From Ascidiella aspersa (taxonomy: Eukaryota): DNA of 64,000 nt. This document shows positions 14,804 through 26,300 of this stretch, in pieces; position 1 is the first letter of the stretch, and every line of letters begins with the position of its first letter. The stretch is from assembly GCA_963924565.1 (NCBI GenBank), contig OZ004612.1:806001-870000 (forward strand), written 5' to 3'. The notes under the pieces are model-generated. The model saw nothing but the letters and a program-made list of their open reading frames with translations, had not been told where the DNA came from and searched no databases. The translations under genes were made by a program, and so were the position numbers.

Positions 14804-15139
14804 CACTAAACCCTGAAAATATGCCCCCTCTGATAAAGTATATAACAACCTCACACCCGTCTAGTTTATTATTGTGTTTCATTTGTTTACTTTTCATTTA
14901 TTTCGTTTTGCTGCGCTTCACTTTACTCTTGCTTTTTTTGTCACTCTCGTTACACTTTTACCTTAACACTCCTAATTACTCATTGTTTTACTGTTTAGCC
15001 TTGAAGTGACATTCCTTCGTTTGCAAACCGGTTTGGAGCACGAGGGCAATCCTGTTGTTGTGATATAACATGAACTTGGAGCAATCGAGCTAGCATTCGC
15101 CCAAGAATTAGCCCAGTGTTGTTGTTCGCTCCATGCGGT

Positions 15140-15415
15140 TTCTTAAAATCAAGAGCTTAGAACAAGTGTAACTTCCACCGCTCGATGTCGCCCCTGAGCT
15201 CGATTAATTAACCGCGATCAAATGGCTGAAGCTTAATCTGAGCAAGGCTGTCAGAACAACGCGGCGCTGCCAATGAGAGATGTTTCATGTTCGCATACAT
15301 CATTTGATTTATCGTTTATTTGTTAATATCCGTGGCCCTAGTTTGTGGATAACAATTGCGATTTCTTAACATTACCTTATTTTCATCGACAAATCAAAGA
15401 AACTTGAATATCTTT
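15140..15415 (-). pseudogene. Decayed 5' relic of a divergent NTase-TPR paralog (relic 2)
   Basis: High identity to 4690-4970 with the same SAVL and VIHKL remnants. Confidence 0.6.
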
Positions 15416-17544
15416 AAAAAAAAATTGATTTATCGTTTATTTGTCATTTTGTACTCGTTTGGGTTTATAAGTGTTAATAGGAGGGATAAGTATTCGATTT
15501 ATAGGACTTATTACAGGAATTAGTTAGTTGAATGTTATTTTAAGCCTTATTCTAAAGGGTTTAGGCTTTTTTCCGCTAACGTATTATTTCGACTCATATT
15601 TGTTAGTCTAATTTTGGTTCAAAATTTTGTTTTATTTTAACGTTTATGTTTTTCCAATTTCTATTTTTTTTACTGGAATCAAGTGAAACGTAAACCACCT
15701 AAACACAATGCAAGGGATTTTGAGTCAATTTAAGTACAATATTCAAGCTTTTTTATTTTGTTTGACATAAAAGCTGTGTAATTGCACTAATTTTGGTAAA
15801 TCGACCTTTGTGTTTCTGAATTGGTTATCACGTTTAATTTAATTAAGGAATTAATGCTATTAAATTATTTTAAATGGATTTTCAATTGATTAATTGTAAT
15901 ATATGTGGCTAAATGCAAAGTCTTCACTCATTTCCCTGAGGTAAATGCTTTTTATAGCACGTGTTCTAGTTTTATAAACATCATAGTGGTAGGGTGTACG
16001 CAAAGACGACATTTCTCCATAAATACTTAAATCTAACCCAAATAAATTATATTAACTTCACGATTGTATTATTTTCACCAATAAACACAAACAGCGCCTT
16101 TACAAAAGTGATTGCCCAACCAGCAATTTGCATCCACACATAAAAGCACCCAGACATAATACAAACAAGCACATAAATACACCTTCATACTCGATACACG
16201 CACTCGTATAATGCCGGCAAAGTAGGTTAAAGGTCACCGCTGTAAATATGCTGACTCACGATGCAGTTCGGTAAGTTCCGTAGTTTGAAGTATTTTTTGT
16301 GAATTTTTAAAGTTTGTTTTCAGTTAAGCTGGTAAATTAACTTATCAGGAGTAATTTAATTTTTTGCAAAACCATTCAAAATCATTCCCAAATATTTTTG
16401 CACCGACTTACAACGTCAAAAATAAAAAAATATTGAATATTTTCCCTGACATATGTTCGTCCATCCTGTGAAAGTTGATTCCGATCTCACTCGCTCTACA
16501 GATTCGAGACTCAAGTAAACAAAGGGAAGGGCGTAACAATGCCGAGCGCTGCGCTGTATTGTGACGCGCGTTGCCAAACAATGGCTTCAATTGTACAATG
16601 TGACGTCATCGATGTTGCGCCTGAAACTCTGGTTCGCATGAAAATCGCTCGATATTTAACTTGTATGCGGGAATAGGCGACTGCTGCTCTACCAACTGAA
16701 CTATCAACAAACTAACGTTTATTAGGATTTGTGTAAAATTTACTTCGTAAGCGACGGTTATAAAATCTCAAAAGATTTCAATACAAATTAAAGAATATTC
16801 AGTTTGTGTCAATTTTAATTAAAAACAATTAGTAAACAACACTTAAATATACACTTTATAATCGTTATGCTCGGCTTCTTCAAATACAATATTTTGCAAC
16901 TGCAAATAACTTATCAACAAGGCACATTAAAGAACCTGAATACGATTTAAAGTTAGGCTTTACGAACTTTCATATTTTGTTACAACGATAAAATTATAAA
17001 AATTTCAATAAAATTATTTATGTCCATAGGCCACGACAAGTCATTTGGACGACATTTAAAGTTTCAAATTAGAGGAAATAACTAGGAAGAAGTTTATTTT
17101 TTAGATTCTTGCAAGTTTTATTATTTTGTCGCACTATTTGATTTTCTCACTCGCCGAAGGATTGTCGATTTTGCATGAAGCCTACATTTTCTTTACTTCA
17201 TATTAAATGTCTTCGAATTAAATATTTGGCGCCTGATAATAGGGGCAGCTAACATTTACGCATAAAATTTGATTTTGTGCCTCGTAAGCGAGAATTATAA
17301 TGTCAATACACTAAAAATGTTTTCAAAGGCTATTTCAAGTCATTTTAGCCTATTTATCCAAAAGGATTACAAACAATAATTAAAAGTTTATTTGGGGGGG
17401 AAAAACCACGTTTTACAAGTTTTATTATTTTGTAGCATTCTTTAATTTTCTCACTCGCCGAAGGATCGTCGATTTTTCTCCACAACTTGATTGCTGTTTT
17501 CGAACTCTTAATTGCCTTTTCATGTAGCTTTTTTTATTTTTTTT

Positions 17545-20500
17545 TTATGAAAAAATCTCGGCAAGTTTTATAATGCCGTAGCACAGGTTAATTTTTTCAT
17601 TCGCCAAAGGATGGTCGATTTTTCTGAACATCTTGATTGCTGTTTTCGAACTCTGCATTGCTTTGTCATATAGCTTCATCTGCAAATAACATTCACCACT
17701 TTGCTTGTGACAATCTGCAAGAAACATCGCTACCCTTTTATCGGAATTCGACGGCGAATGAAGTTCAATTTCTTGTTTAAAGTATTTCACCGCATTTTCA
17801 AACTTGCCAAGTTTTTGATACGAACGACCGACCAAACAAAACAAATATTTTTGTTCTTCTAATGGAACTAGTTTTATATACTCCTGTCCTTTGTCGAAAT
17901 AATCAACAACCTGTTCAGGTTTGTTTAATTCAAAAGTACAATTAATGAGTTCCCTATAACATTTTCCAATCATGACATCCCCCTCTACAGTTTTATGAAA
18001 TCGTAAGAACATTCCTAAAGAAGTTTCCAGTGTGTTATAAGCTTCCTCGTATCGATCAAGTTTGTAGAGACAAAATCCAGCATTTAATTGCGCGTTTGCA
18101 ACAAACAGCATAAAGCCATGTTCCTGATGTCCATCACATATAGAGATTGCTTCTTTAAACTGATCTAACGCTAATTTGTAATTATTGTTGTTACCATTAT
18201 GTTTTCCAATATACATATACATTTCAGCTCTGACACGAACTTTGCTTCGATGAAAATGTTTACTTGAGGGGAAGAGCTCATAAGCTTCCTTATACAATTC
18301 ACTTGCTCGTAGAAAGTTTCTCTTTTTTACGTGAAGTTTAGCCAAGAGCCATTTGCATTGAGCAGGAAGATGATATTTGTTGTTTGGAACGTAATGCTTA
18401 CTCTTAGAAATACTTTCCGCCATTTCAATTGCTTTTTCAGCTTCTGTGTAGTTTTCCATCTCGATGTACGTTTCACCAAGTTCTAGCAAGGCAAATGCTG
18501 TGTCGTGATCTGAAGTTTCATCGAAGGCCTTTTCACGACATTGATGTAGATATTTCTCGCCGTATTCAATGCTTTCTTTGTATTTGCCAATTCCACGGTA
18601 ATATTGAGAAACATATAGTTGTGCACTTTTCGAAACATTGTCGTTTAACACAAGCCTAACCATTCTACCAGCCTTTTCAAGCAGACCTTCATAAACATAC
18701 AACCCCAACAATCCACATTGGACTTTTTGTGTGAACATATCTGTGCTGCTTGAATGCAAAGCTTTTTCGTAGCATTTAATCGCATCCAAGTTCATTCCAA
18801 GTTCATTGCAACAACCTCCCATTATATTCAACATTATAGCTCGCGTTGGATAGTGGTCTTCCATAAACTTTAACGCATGTTGAAAGCATTTTAAAGCTAT
18901 TTCATGCTGATTAAGTCTATAGTGACACAAGCCTTCTGCAAAGCAACTTAGTGCTTTTGTTTCTTCAAACAAAACTATATTTTTGCATCTTACTTTTTTC
19001 ATGACCTTTATTGCTTCGTTATATAAACGTAAAGACATAAGCGAAAATATAACAAGAGGCCAGGTTAATTCCATCAATTCAGATTGCTTGTTGGTGAACA
19101 TTTGCAAAGTGGAAGCTAAAGAAAAAAATTCAACAATTCTTGATTTTCCAAATACTTCAAGCAACAAATCATGGAAAGGTTCGAATCTTGCGTCAAGATA
19201 ATCGCACTGGCCGGAGTATTTGAAGTAAACCCGCAACCTAACTTCACAGGCGAAAGCAAGTGCGAACATAAAATCATCTGATTGTTGCTGTGATATTTGG
19301 CTTGGAGTCAATTCCCGCAGAATATCGAAAGAAGACGACGATTTGCAATTATATCGTCTACCAAGTGCTGCTATAAACAAAGTGACGCTTCGAAATACGA
19401 CGCTTTTGATGTTTACTGAATTTTCATTATGCATCAAAGCCAAGCATTTACCGATGTTGAATTTTTCAGTATCTTCTTTAAGTTGGTTTTCTAAATTCTT
19501 ATCGAAACGTGGTTGTTGTAAAATGTCAATTGTTTTCGTTTTCATTTGATCGTAGATTGCATCATCGCCACAAACAAAGCATATTTTAGTTAAAATATCG
19601 CCCAAGTGGTAACCGTTTATAAGGTCAATATCCCGTCCAAGATATTCAAGCATTTCAGAAACAGGTTTGATCAGCTCAGTATCCCAGGGTTTGTTCGGTG
19701 TAGCTGACCTACCAAGTGGGAACTTGCAAGCATGTGGCATCATTCCATCAAACGAAATGCCACGAGGTGTGTGCGCATCAAAGAACCAATCTTGGTCGTT
19801 TTCCTGATCATTAATGAAAGGCAAAGCTACGCTTGGTATTATGGTTTCACCAAAGTTTACAACCACAACTTGAAATAACACAGACACCCAACGGAAATAT
19901 TCCAGTATATCATCATAATCTGAACGATTTTGAACACCTTCTTCCAATAAATAGATGTGCTCGAAATCTGAATAAGGAGTGATTTCATTTCTAGCAAGTG
20001 ATCCCATTCCAACCAAAGCATATTTACAAGGAGCTGGACCTGTAGATTCCACACAAAACTCCATTATATCTGCCATGAGCCATTTGTATTTTTCTGTGGT
20101 GAGTTTTTGCAAACTCTCTATCAGACTAGCTCTACGTTGATCAGTTTCTGCAAGTGAAATTGCTTTTAACGCAATATCGTTTATCCAACACCGAAAGTCT
20201 TTCACTTTAGTGACAGATGCTTCAACTAGTTGCTTCAAACTGTCCACACTGGTGTCATGGCTGCCAGCAAGTTGAAGAACACGCGAACAAAGCTCATCGA
20301 GATCTTTCTCCACCTCAGCAACGTTGTCAGGTTTCCTCACAAGAGCTGCATTTAACAACACGGCGCTGCGAATGAGAGATATTTTCTTGTCTCTACCCTC
20401 GGGTAATTCGTCAGCTATTTCGTGATATGCCCGGCCGAGTTGGTGGATAACTTCGGCGGATTGTTTTACATCACTTTCCTTTCCGTTTGCGTAACAGTAT

Positions 20501-20574
20501 GACTTTAATTCCTTTGCAAGTTCAAAAGATTTAGCTTTGTAAATACTAGCTTTATTAACTGAGCATCCTTGCAT
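17545..20574 (-). CDS. Intact NTase(GlnD/GlnE/DUF294-like)-TPR protein, copy 3, 1009 aa from ATG
   Basis: Uninterrupted ORF. The track's TTG start at 20646 lies at a putative 5'-UTR intron, so the first ATG at 20574 is used. GS..R.E....SD.E motif at about 19960-20010. The NIK...R / SSFDIL..L / EVRLRVY helical domain resembles GlnD/GlnE NTase C-domains. The C-terminal half has repeated TPR-like units (A...G......A...F..AL). Confidence 0.92.
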   Translation of the reverse strand: MQGCSVNKASIYKAKSFELAKELKSYCYANGKESDVKQSAEVIHQLGRAYHEIADELPEGRDKKISLIRSAVLLNAALVRKPDNVAEVEKDLDELCSRVLQLAGSHDTSVDSLKQLVEASVTKVKDFRCWINDIALKAISLAETDQRRASLIESLQKLTTEKYKWLMADIMEFCVESTGPAPCKYALVGMGSLARNEITPYSDFEHIYLLEEGVQNRSDYDDILEYFRWVSVLFQVVVVNFGETIIPSVALPFINDQENDQDWFFDAHTPRGISFDGMMPHACKFPLGRSATPNKPWDTELIKPVSEMLEYLGRDIDLINGYHLGDILTKICFVCGDDAIYDQMKTKTIDILQQPRFDKNLENQLKEDTEKFNIGKCLALMHNENSVNIKSVVFRSVTLFIAALGRRYNCKSSSSFDILRELTPSQISQQQSDDFMFALAFACEVRLRVYFKYSGQCDYLDARFEPFHDLLLEVFGKSRIVEFFSLASTLQMFTNKQSELMELTWPLVIFSLMSLRLYNEAIKVMKKVRCKNIVLFEETKALSCFAEGLCHYRLNQHEIALKCFQHALKFMEDHYPTRAIMLNIMGGCCNELGMNLDAIKCYEKALHSSSTDMFTQKVQCGLLGLYVYEGLLEKAGRMVRLVLNDNVSKSAQLYVSQYYRGIGKYKESIEYGEKYLHQCREKAFDETSDHDTAFALLELGETYIEMENYTEAEKAIEMAESISKSKHYVPNNKYHLPAQCKWLLAKLHVKKRNFLRASELYKEAYELFPSSKHFHRSKVRVRAEMYMYIGKHNGNNNNYKLALDQFKEAISICDGHQEHGFMLFVANAQLNAGFCLYKLDRYEEAYNTLETSLGMFLRFHKTVEGDVMIGKCYRELINCTFELNKPEQVVDYFDKGQEYIKLVPLEEQKYLFCLVGRSYQKLGKFENAVKYFKQEIELHSPSNSDKRVAMFLADCHKQSGECYLQMKLYDKAMQSSKTAIKMFRKIDHPLANEKINLCYGIIKLAEIFS

Positions 20575-22794
20575 ATTACAACTGTTGTAAATTTCTAAAA
20601 AGGCAAGTAAAGTTGTAAAATGTAGGTTAATCTTGTTATTTACCAATTAAATGCATTCCAGATCTACAAAAACGACTTCTAATCTACAAGCAACCAAGCA
20701 CTAATGACTGTAATTCAGTCTACATTCGAACAACTTAATATTAAGCCTAAGCCAATTCAAGTGGGCTGGTTGTGACGCGACAATAACCGGATGTGACGCG
20801 ACAATAACCGGGCGTGACGCAGTGAATAAATATCAGCCTAGCCATTGTTTGTCGAAGCGAGCAACGAGAAAACATAATCCCAGTGATGTTAGATTTTTGG
20901 TTGGATTCAATTTCCCAAAAATCCAAACACATCTCCAAGATTAAAACATTTCTTAAAATGTTTGCATTGATCAAAGTTCTTTATTTCTATGATTTAGTAT
21001 TTGCATGCACCACTTCGGTCGCTGGTCGTTTACATTTAGCAGAGAAAGACAGAGCAACGTCACTCACAATTCGCGCACACTGCTTCTTTCTTAAGTAGGA
21101 AGTGGCTCGATAAGCTACAATTGAAAAAAAGCATGTCGGGGTTTGGAGATTCTAACCAAAACTTGAAACAAATCTATTTGTCGGCGTCTGATGTGAGGTT
21201 TCGGTAATAACACGATATTATCAGACATTGTTGGTTCTAACTAATAAAACCGAATACATGTTCAGCCTTTTAAGTTTTATCTCACCCTTGAAAAAAGCAA
21301 ACGAGTGTTTTTCTTATCTGTCTAAAGCGGACCAAGCTTGTTTTGATTATTAATTACCCTGATGATGCGGTCAGCTGGTATCTGCGACCAAAACGTCGGT
21401 TTATAACTTCGTTTACACAAGAAGAGCATTTTCTATATTTATATGCATTAGGTTAATTTGACAAAATCTTTCGTCTTTTTAAGAAATATGTTTTTTTTAA
21501 AGTGCAGAAATATACGCTTAGTATTTATGTAGGGGCACCCAAGCTGGGTTAATAAAACGTCGATAACAAAAATCGTGTTAAAGAAGACACATTAGCGTTA
21601 CCCGTATTGCCTGTTTGTCTACTGTTACGACTTTACTAGTAATTCTAGAAAACTACCTAGGCCTCCTGTAAAGTCGCTGTGAGTTCTTATTTTCGGGCAT
21701 TAAATAACCTACCAAAGAGAACTTATATTAAAGACCACAACAAGAAAACCCAATGTACAGATGTATTGGTTGCAAGAGTAGAATATTGCCACACCACAAC
21801 AATAATGACACTTAGACACACACAATTACTTCCAAAAAAAACCGACAGACAGAGCATAATGAAACTTAAAGTTTTACTCGCTAATTTCACAAGGCTACAC
21901 CCAGACGTCTCTCCCCGCTGTAGGCGGTGAGCCTCTCGTAATATACGCTAAAACAAAACTCCTTCTCACGGGAACCGACGCGCTCCCGGAAACCCCAGGC
22001 CCGCCTTACAGGGCGGCCGTTTCGTGGAAAGATAACATTGGGCGGACCTTTTAGTGAGAAGTTAAACCGCGCCGGAAAACAAGCGATAAATGATCGTGAG
22101 ATTTGCAGAAATGTTTGGAGATAGGAAAAAACATGTCTAGAGTCCAATTAACGGCGAACACCACAGCGCACAAGAATATTACGTTAATATACAATTATAG
22201 ATGTCTCGAAATGCGAAAACCTAATTCCTAGCCCTACATTTAAGAACAAAGGCGCAAAATTAATAATGAATGTTAGAATTTACAGTCGGCGTAATTAGCA
22301 ACCGGTGATAATTTTGTAGTGCTAATTAAGCACGTAACAGCTACTAAAGTTTATAATTTGATATAATAGTTGTATTTAATTTTTGTATTATCTTAGATTT
22401 CTGTAAAAATAACTGGCTTAGATTTTTAATCCCTTAGTGTCAGTCATCTTTTTGATAACTTTTTCTTTAATGAATTATTTCTCTAATCCCGTATTTATTT
22501 TATTTTTTTTAATCTCCAATTTAAAATTATAAATCTCCCCTTACGCACCAAACGGTTTCGTTGTTTAGCGAAGTTTTTTGTCCTGAATTTGTTATTTGCT
22601 CTTACGTGAAATAAGTTTTTGTTCCAAAGTAAACTCCTTTTTCAACTAAAGTCACCTGACATTTTATTAGATTAACGAAGAAAATAAAGGCATTTATTTT
22701 ACTAAGTTTATCAACGAATATACAAAATGGTTGATTTTGATTTTTTTAACTTCCAAATAAAGATTTCGAAACTGGGTTTACACACGACACAAAA

Positions 22795-23005
22795 CGTGTG
22801 ACGTCACGTTGCTTTCTGCCAGAGTTTTCGCTGCCGAGTGGAAATTTCCACGACAAGAGACGAAATACCCGCGCCAGCAACTTAACCACCTAAACTTCGT
22901 GTCTATATTACGAAGCGATGAAGTGGCTTTAAGTGGGAAATGCTCGTCACAAGTGCGCGGTCTTCCGTTTTCGTTCCTAGACGCGCGTCGCAGGGAAATG
23001 ACAAG
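22795..23005 (+). promoter_or_regulatory. Putative promoter of the LCCL-EGF-discoidin gene with CRE and kB-like sites
   Basis: TGACGTCA at 22799-22806, palindromic GGAAATTTCC at 22840-22849, and GGGAAATG at about 22935 and 22993. These lie in a CpG-richer patch 300-500 bp upstream of the ATG. Confidence 0.4.
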
Positions 23006-23307
23006 ATGCACGTTTGCTGTGCTGCTTGTTTACTATATAACTTTTACTCGCCTTTAACCTGCAATTAGTTCTCTGTAATAATGTTTACTTATAGTAGCTT
23101 TTGTCTAAGCGACCACTTGTAAACTGTAACTCTCAGTTAAGGACTACTTTATTAGTAAGAACCTTAAATTCGTTCACGGGTAGAAAATAAATGATTAAAT
23201 CAAACGCAAGGCAATCTTTTTAGTTTTGGTTCATAACATCAAAATTATATTTCCGTAAGTTAAGGTTTTAGTAGAGTTATTATTTAATTTTCTGTTAATT
23301 TGTCGAG

Positions 23308-26300
23308 ATGACGCCGATATCTGTTGCTGTTCTTTTCCTGGGACTGATGATCGCAATACCAGGAACCAACCAGATCTTGACAAACCCAGAAAGTATGTGT
23401 TTCAGTGTTCAATTATGTCTTCATGAGTGAACATAAACTTAAAATCTTCTGTTACAGCTGTAGTTGCATTTTAGAAATGTTTTTGTTTAATCCCAAACGA
23501 AATGAAAACGTTTCAATGGCGTTACTTCTGATCGTCTTTGGGTTTTCTAATTTTAGCAAAGGGACACAGTAAATAGTTTGCAACGCATGACGGCATATAA
23601 CTTACGTCAACAAAATAATAAGTCAACAAATATAAAAACGTATTTTAATCAAACTAAATATTCGTTTTCATGTGCAAATGGTCAATCTACTGAAATGTAT
23701 TCTATTTTATTATTTCCCTTTTATGAATGAAAGTGGATAAAAACGAAAAAGAAACAAAAAGCCACCCTTTATGTTTTCCGACTTATGAGCATTTAAAAAT
23801 AGAATCGCCAGGAAAAATATCAGTGAAATCGTTTATCTGGTTTAAACGGAGTTATAAACTGACGTTTTGGCAGCAGACACCAGTTGACCTCATCAGGGTT
23901 AATAATTAATTAATTGAATTATTACGAGAACGCAGACTTGCTCTTTAGCTTCACTTAGCGGTATTTTATACAACCTCTTTACCGCCACAAGCGGAAGCCT
24001 TGTATTTTATTGACATTTAAATTAATAACATTTTTACCGAACTGACATGGTATTTTTTCTCAGTCACTTGCGACACTGATTTCACTGACTTGAACTACTC
24101 GATAACTCCTGTGATCTGCCCTGGAGAATGCTGGAGACAATATGATCGAAATGGACTTTGCGGACTTGACAAATATTCGGGCGGATCAATTTGCCTTGCC
24201 GCCATGCAGCTCGGCCTAGTTGACAGTAAGTAGGACGTTTGTTAGACGGTCTGAACTACAAACGCAATATTTATATCAAGGTTTGTTGATTTTAGTTTTG
24301 AGTCCACTTTAATAGAATGCTCTTTCTGATACAGGCATCTTTTTTTTTTTTGAAGTATTGCAACAGATTTCATCTTGTGAGATCTTATGTACAGTAACTA
24401 CTAAAAGTGTATGCTGGATAACGCTAAAGCATGCATTTTTTCACATTAGATTTAAACAAACTTTAAGTTTTTTTTAAATTTTATATTTGGTATTAATTTA
24501 CAGATGTTGGTGGCTTCGTTATAGTTTACAAAAACATGAACGTTTCTTTCAAACCAGTGGGCGGCTCAAGATACGGGGTGACATCCCACAACTGCCCACG
24601 CTCTAAAGTCAGCTACACATTCGACAGTAAGCGTCTTTATGTTTTGAGTAATGTGTTAGATAGGTCTGGCTTCCGACTCGGTGTCTAAAGCAGTTCTAAT
24701 TATTTGTGTTTTATCACGGACTAGTACAAAGAAACAAAGAACTGAAAAACGTATGCGCTAACGTAAGTTGTAATAAAAATATAATTCATAAACAAATAAT
24801 GGTAAGAAAAATTTGACTTTCAATTAATTTAGAGAAAGTTAGTTTACTAAATTATTTTTGTGCTTTATACAGTAACCTGTGATACAAACGGGAATGTGAA
24901 ACAAGCTCTGAACGAAGCTACCTGCCCCCCTGGATGTGGGGGTGGTTTGGTGCTAGGAAGCAACCCCTACCACGTCAATTCGTCGATTTGCAGCGCTGCT
25001 GTGCACGCCGGGAAAGTCACCAAAGGTTGGGTTTAAAATAAGCGCTCAAACTCGCCTTTATGTGGCCTTTGGCTGGGCTTTGGCTGGGCTTTGGCTGGGC
25101 TTTGGCTGGGCTTTGGCTGGGCTTTGGCTGGGCTTTGGCTGGGCTTTGGCTGGGCTTTGGCTGGGCTTTGGCTGGCCTTTGGCTGGCCTTTGGCTGGCCT
25201 TTGGCTGGCCTTTGGCTGGCCTTTGGCTGGCCTTTGGCTGGCCTTTGGCTGGCCTTTGGCTGGCCTTTGGCTGGCCTTTGGCTGGCCTTTGGCTGGCCTT
25301 TGGCTGGCCTTTGGCTGGCCTTTGGCTGGCCTTTGGCTGGCCTTTGGCTGGCCTTTGGCTGGCCTTTGGCTGGCCTTTGGCTGGCCTTTGGCTGGCCTTT
25401 GGCTGGCCTTTGGCTGGCCTTTGGCTGGCCTTTGGCTGGCCTTTGGCTGGCCTTTGGCTGGCCTTTGGCTGGCCTTTGGCTGGCCTTTGGTTTATTTGGC
25501 GCTACTCAAATATAACCGTAGGTTTCTCTTCATCGTAAACTGTTGTTAAATCTTTAGAAAATGGAGGCGAAGTGACCTTTTTCAAAATACACGACGTGAG
25601 ATCAAACCTGAATGGATCACTCAGGAACGGAGTGGAGAGTGTTGGTTCTTCAAGGTCATCTGTTAATATCTTTACATTTGGATGTAAGTTTAAGCAGTTA
25701 TGCTTCTAGCTTTGGTACAGACTCCCAGAAAAGGCACACAAGGCATGTTTTCGTGTTTATTGCTTGTTCTGTCATGCTAGCCTACTCTTTCCAACTTTGC
25801 GAATGTAGGAAAACTAAAAAATGCTACCTACTTCAGTATGGGCTTTAGTATTCGTATTACGTTCATTTAAATCAGTGGTTCTCAACCTTTTTGTACCCGT
25901 GGCCCCTTCTTGATGCTTTCAAATGGTCGCGGACCCCTTACATTTTTATGGTGGATTGTCTGCGTTTATAGTTCTTTTTAATAGTTCAGTATATCTGCCT
26001 ATAGTGTACCTTGTGTTGAATAAATTAACAGACACCACCAAATTACTTTATAACACGTTTGTTTTAATGTGATTTCTGCTGCTGCATCCCCGGGGCAGTC
26101 TTAAATGCGCGCTTGTGCTTTCGATAATGCTAGAATAGATAAACGCGTGTCATATTTTGCAAAATCCAGTACATGGAAACTGTAATAATCCTGCCATTTA
26201 TTTAACAATCTATTTGTGTTACATTTCAATAGAAGTGTTGCGTCACACTAAATGCGATTTGTTACGTCACAATCCGATTTACAACCTTTTATAGCGTGAT

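Noticed and set aside
17545-20574. Calling the family cGAS/OAS or NLR
   Set aside because: The motif spacing (GS..R.E....SD.E) and the following helical domain fit GlnD/DUF294-type NTases better. No P-loop/NACHT motif is seen.
20575-20646. N-terminal extension MVNNKINLHF... in the ORF track (also 10938-11009)
   Set aside because: It uses a TTG start, spans a GT..AG intron-like segment and is absent from copies 1 and 4. The ATG of MQ(G/E)CS is the shared start.
25060-25549. Three 150-aa W/L/G-rich ORFs
   Set aside because: They are translations of the 11-bp minisatellite, which lies inside a well-supported intron.
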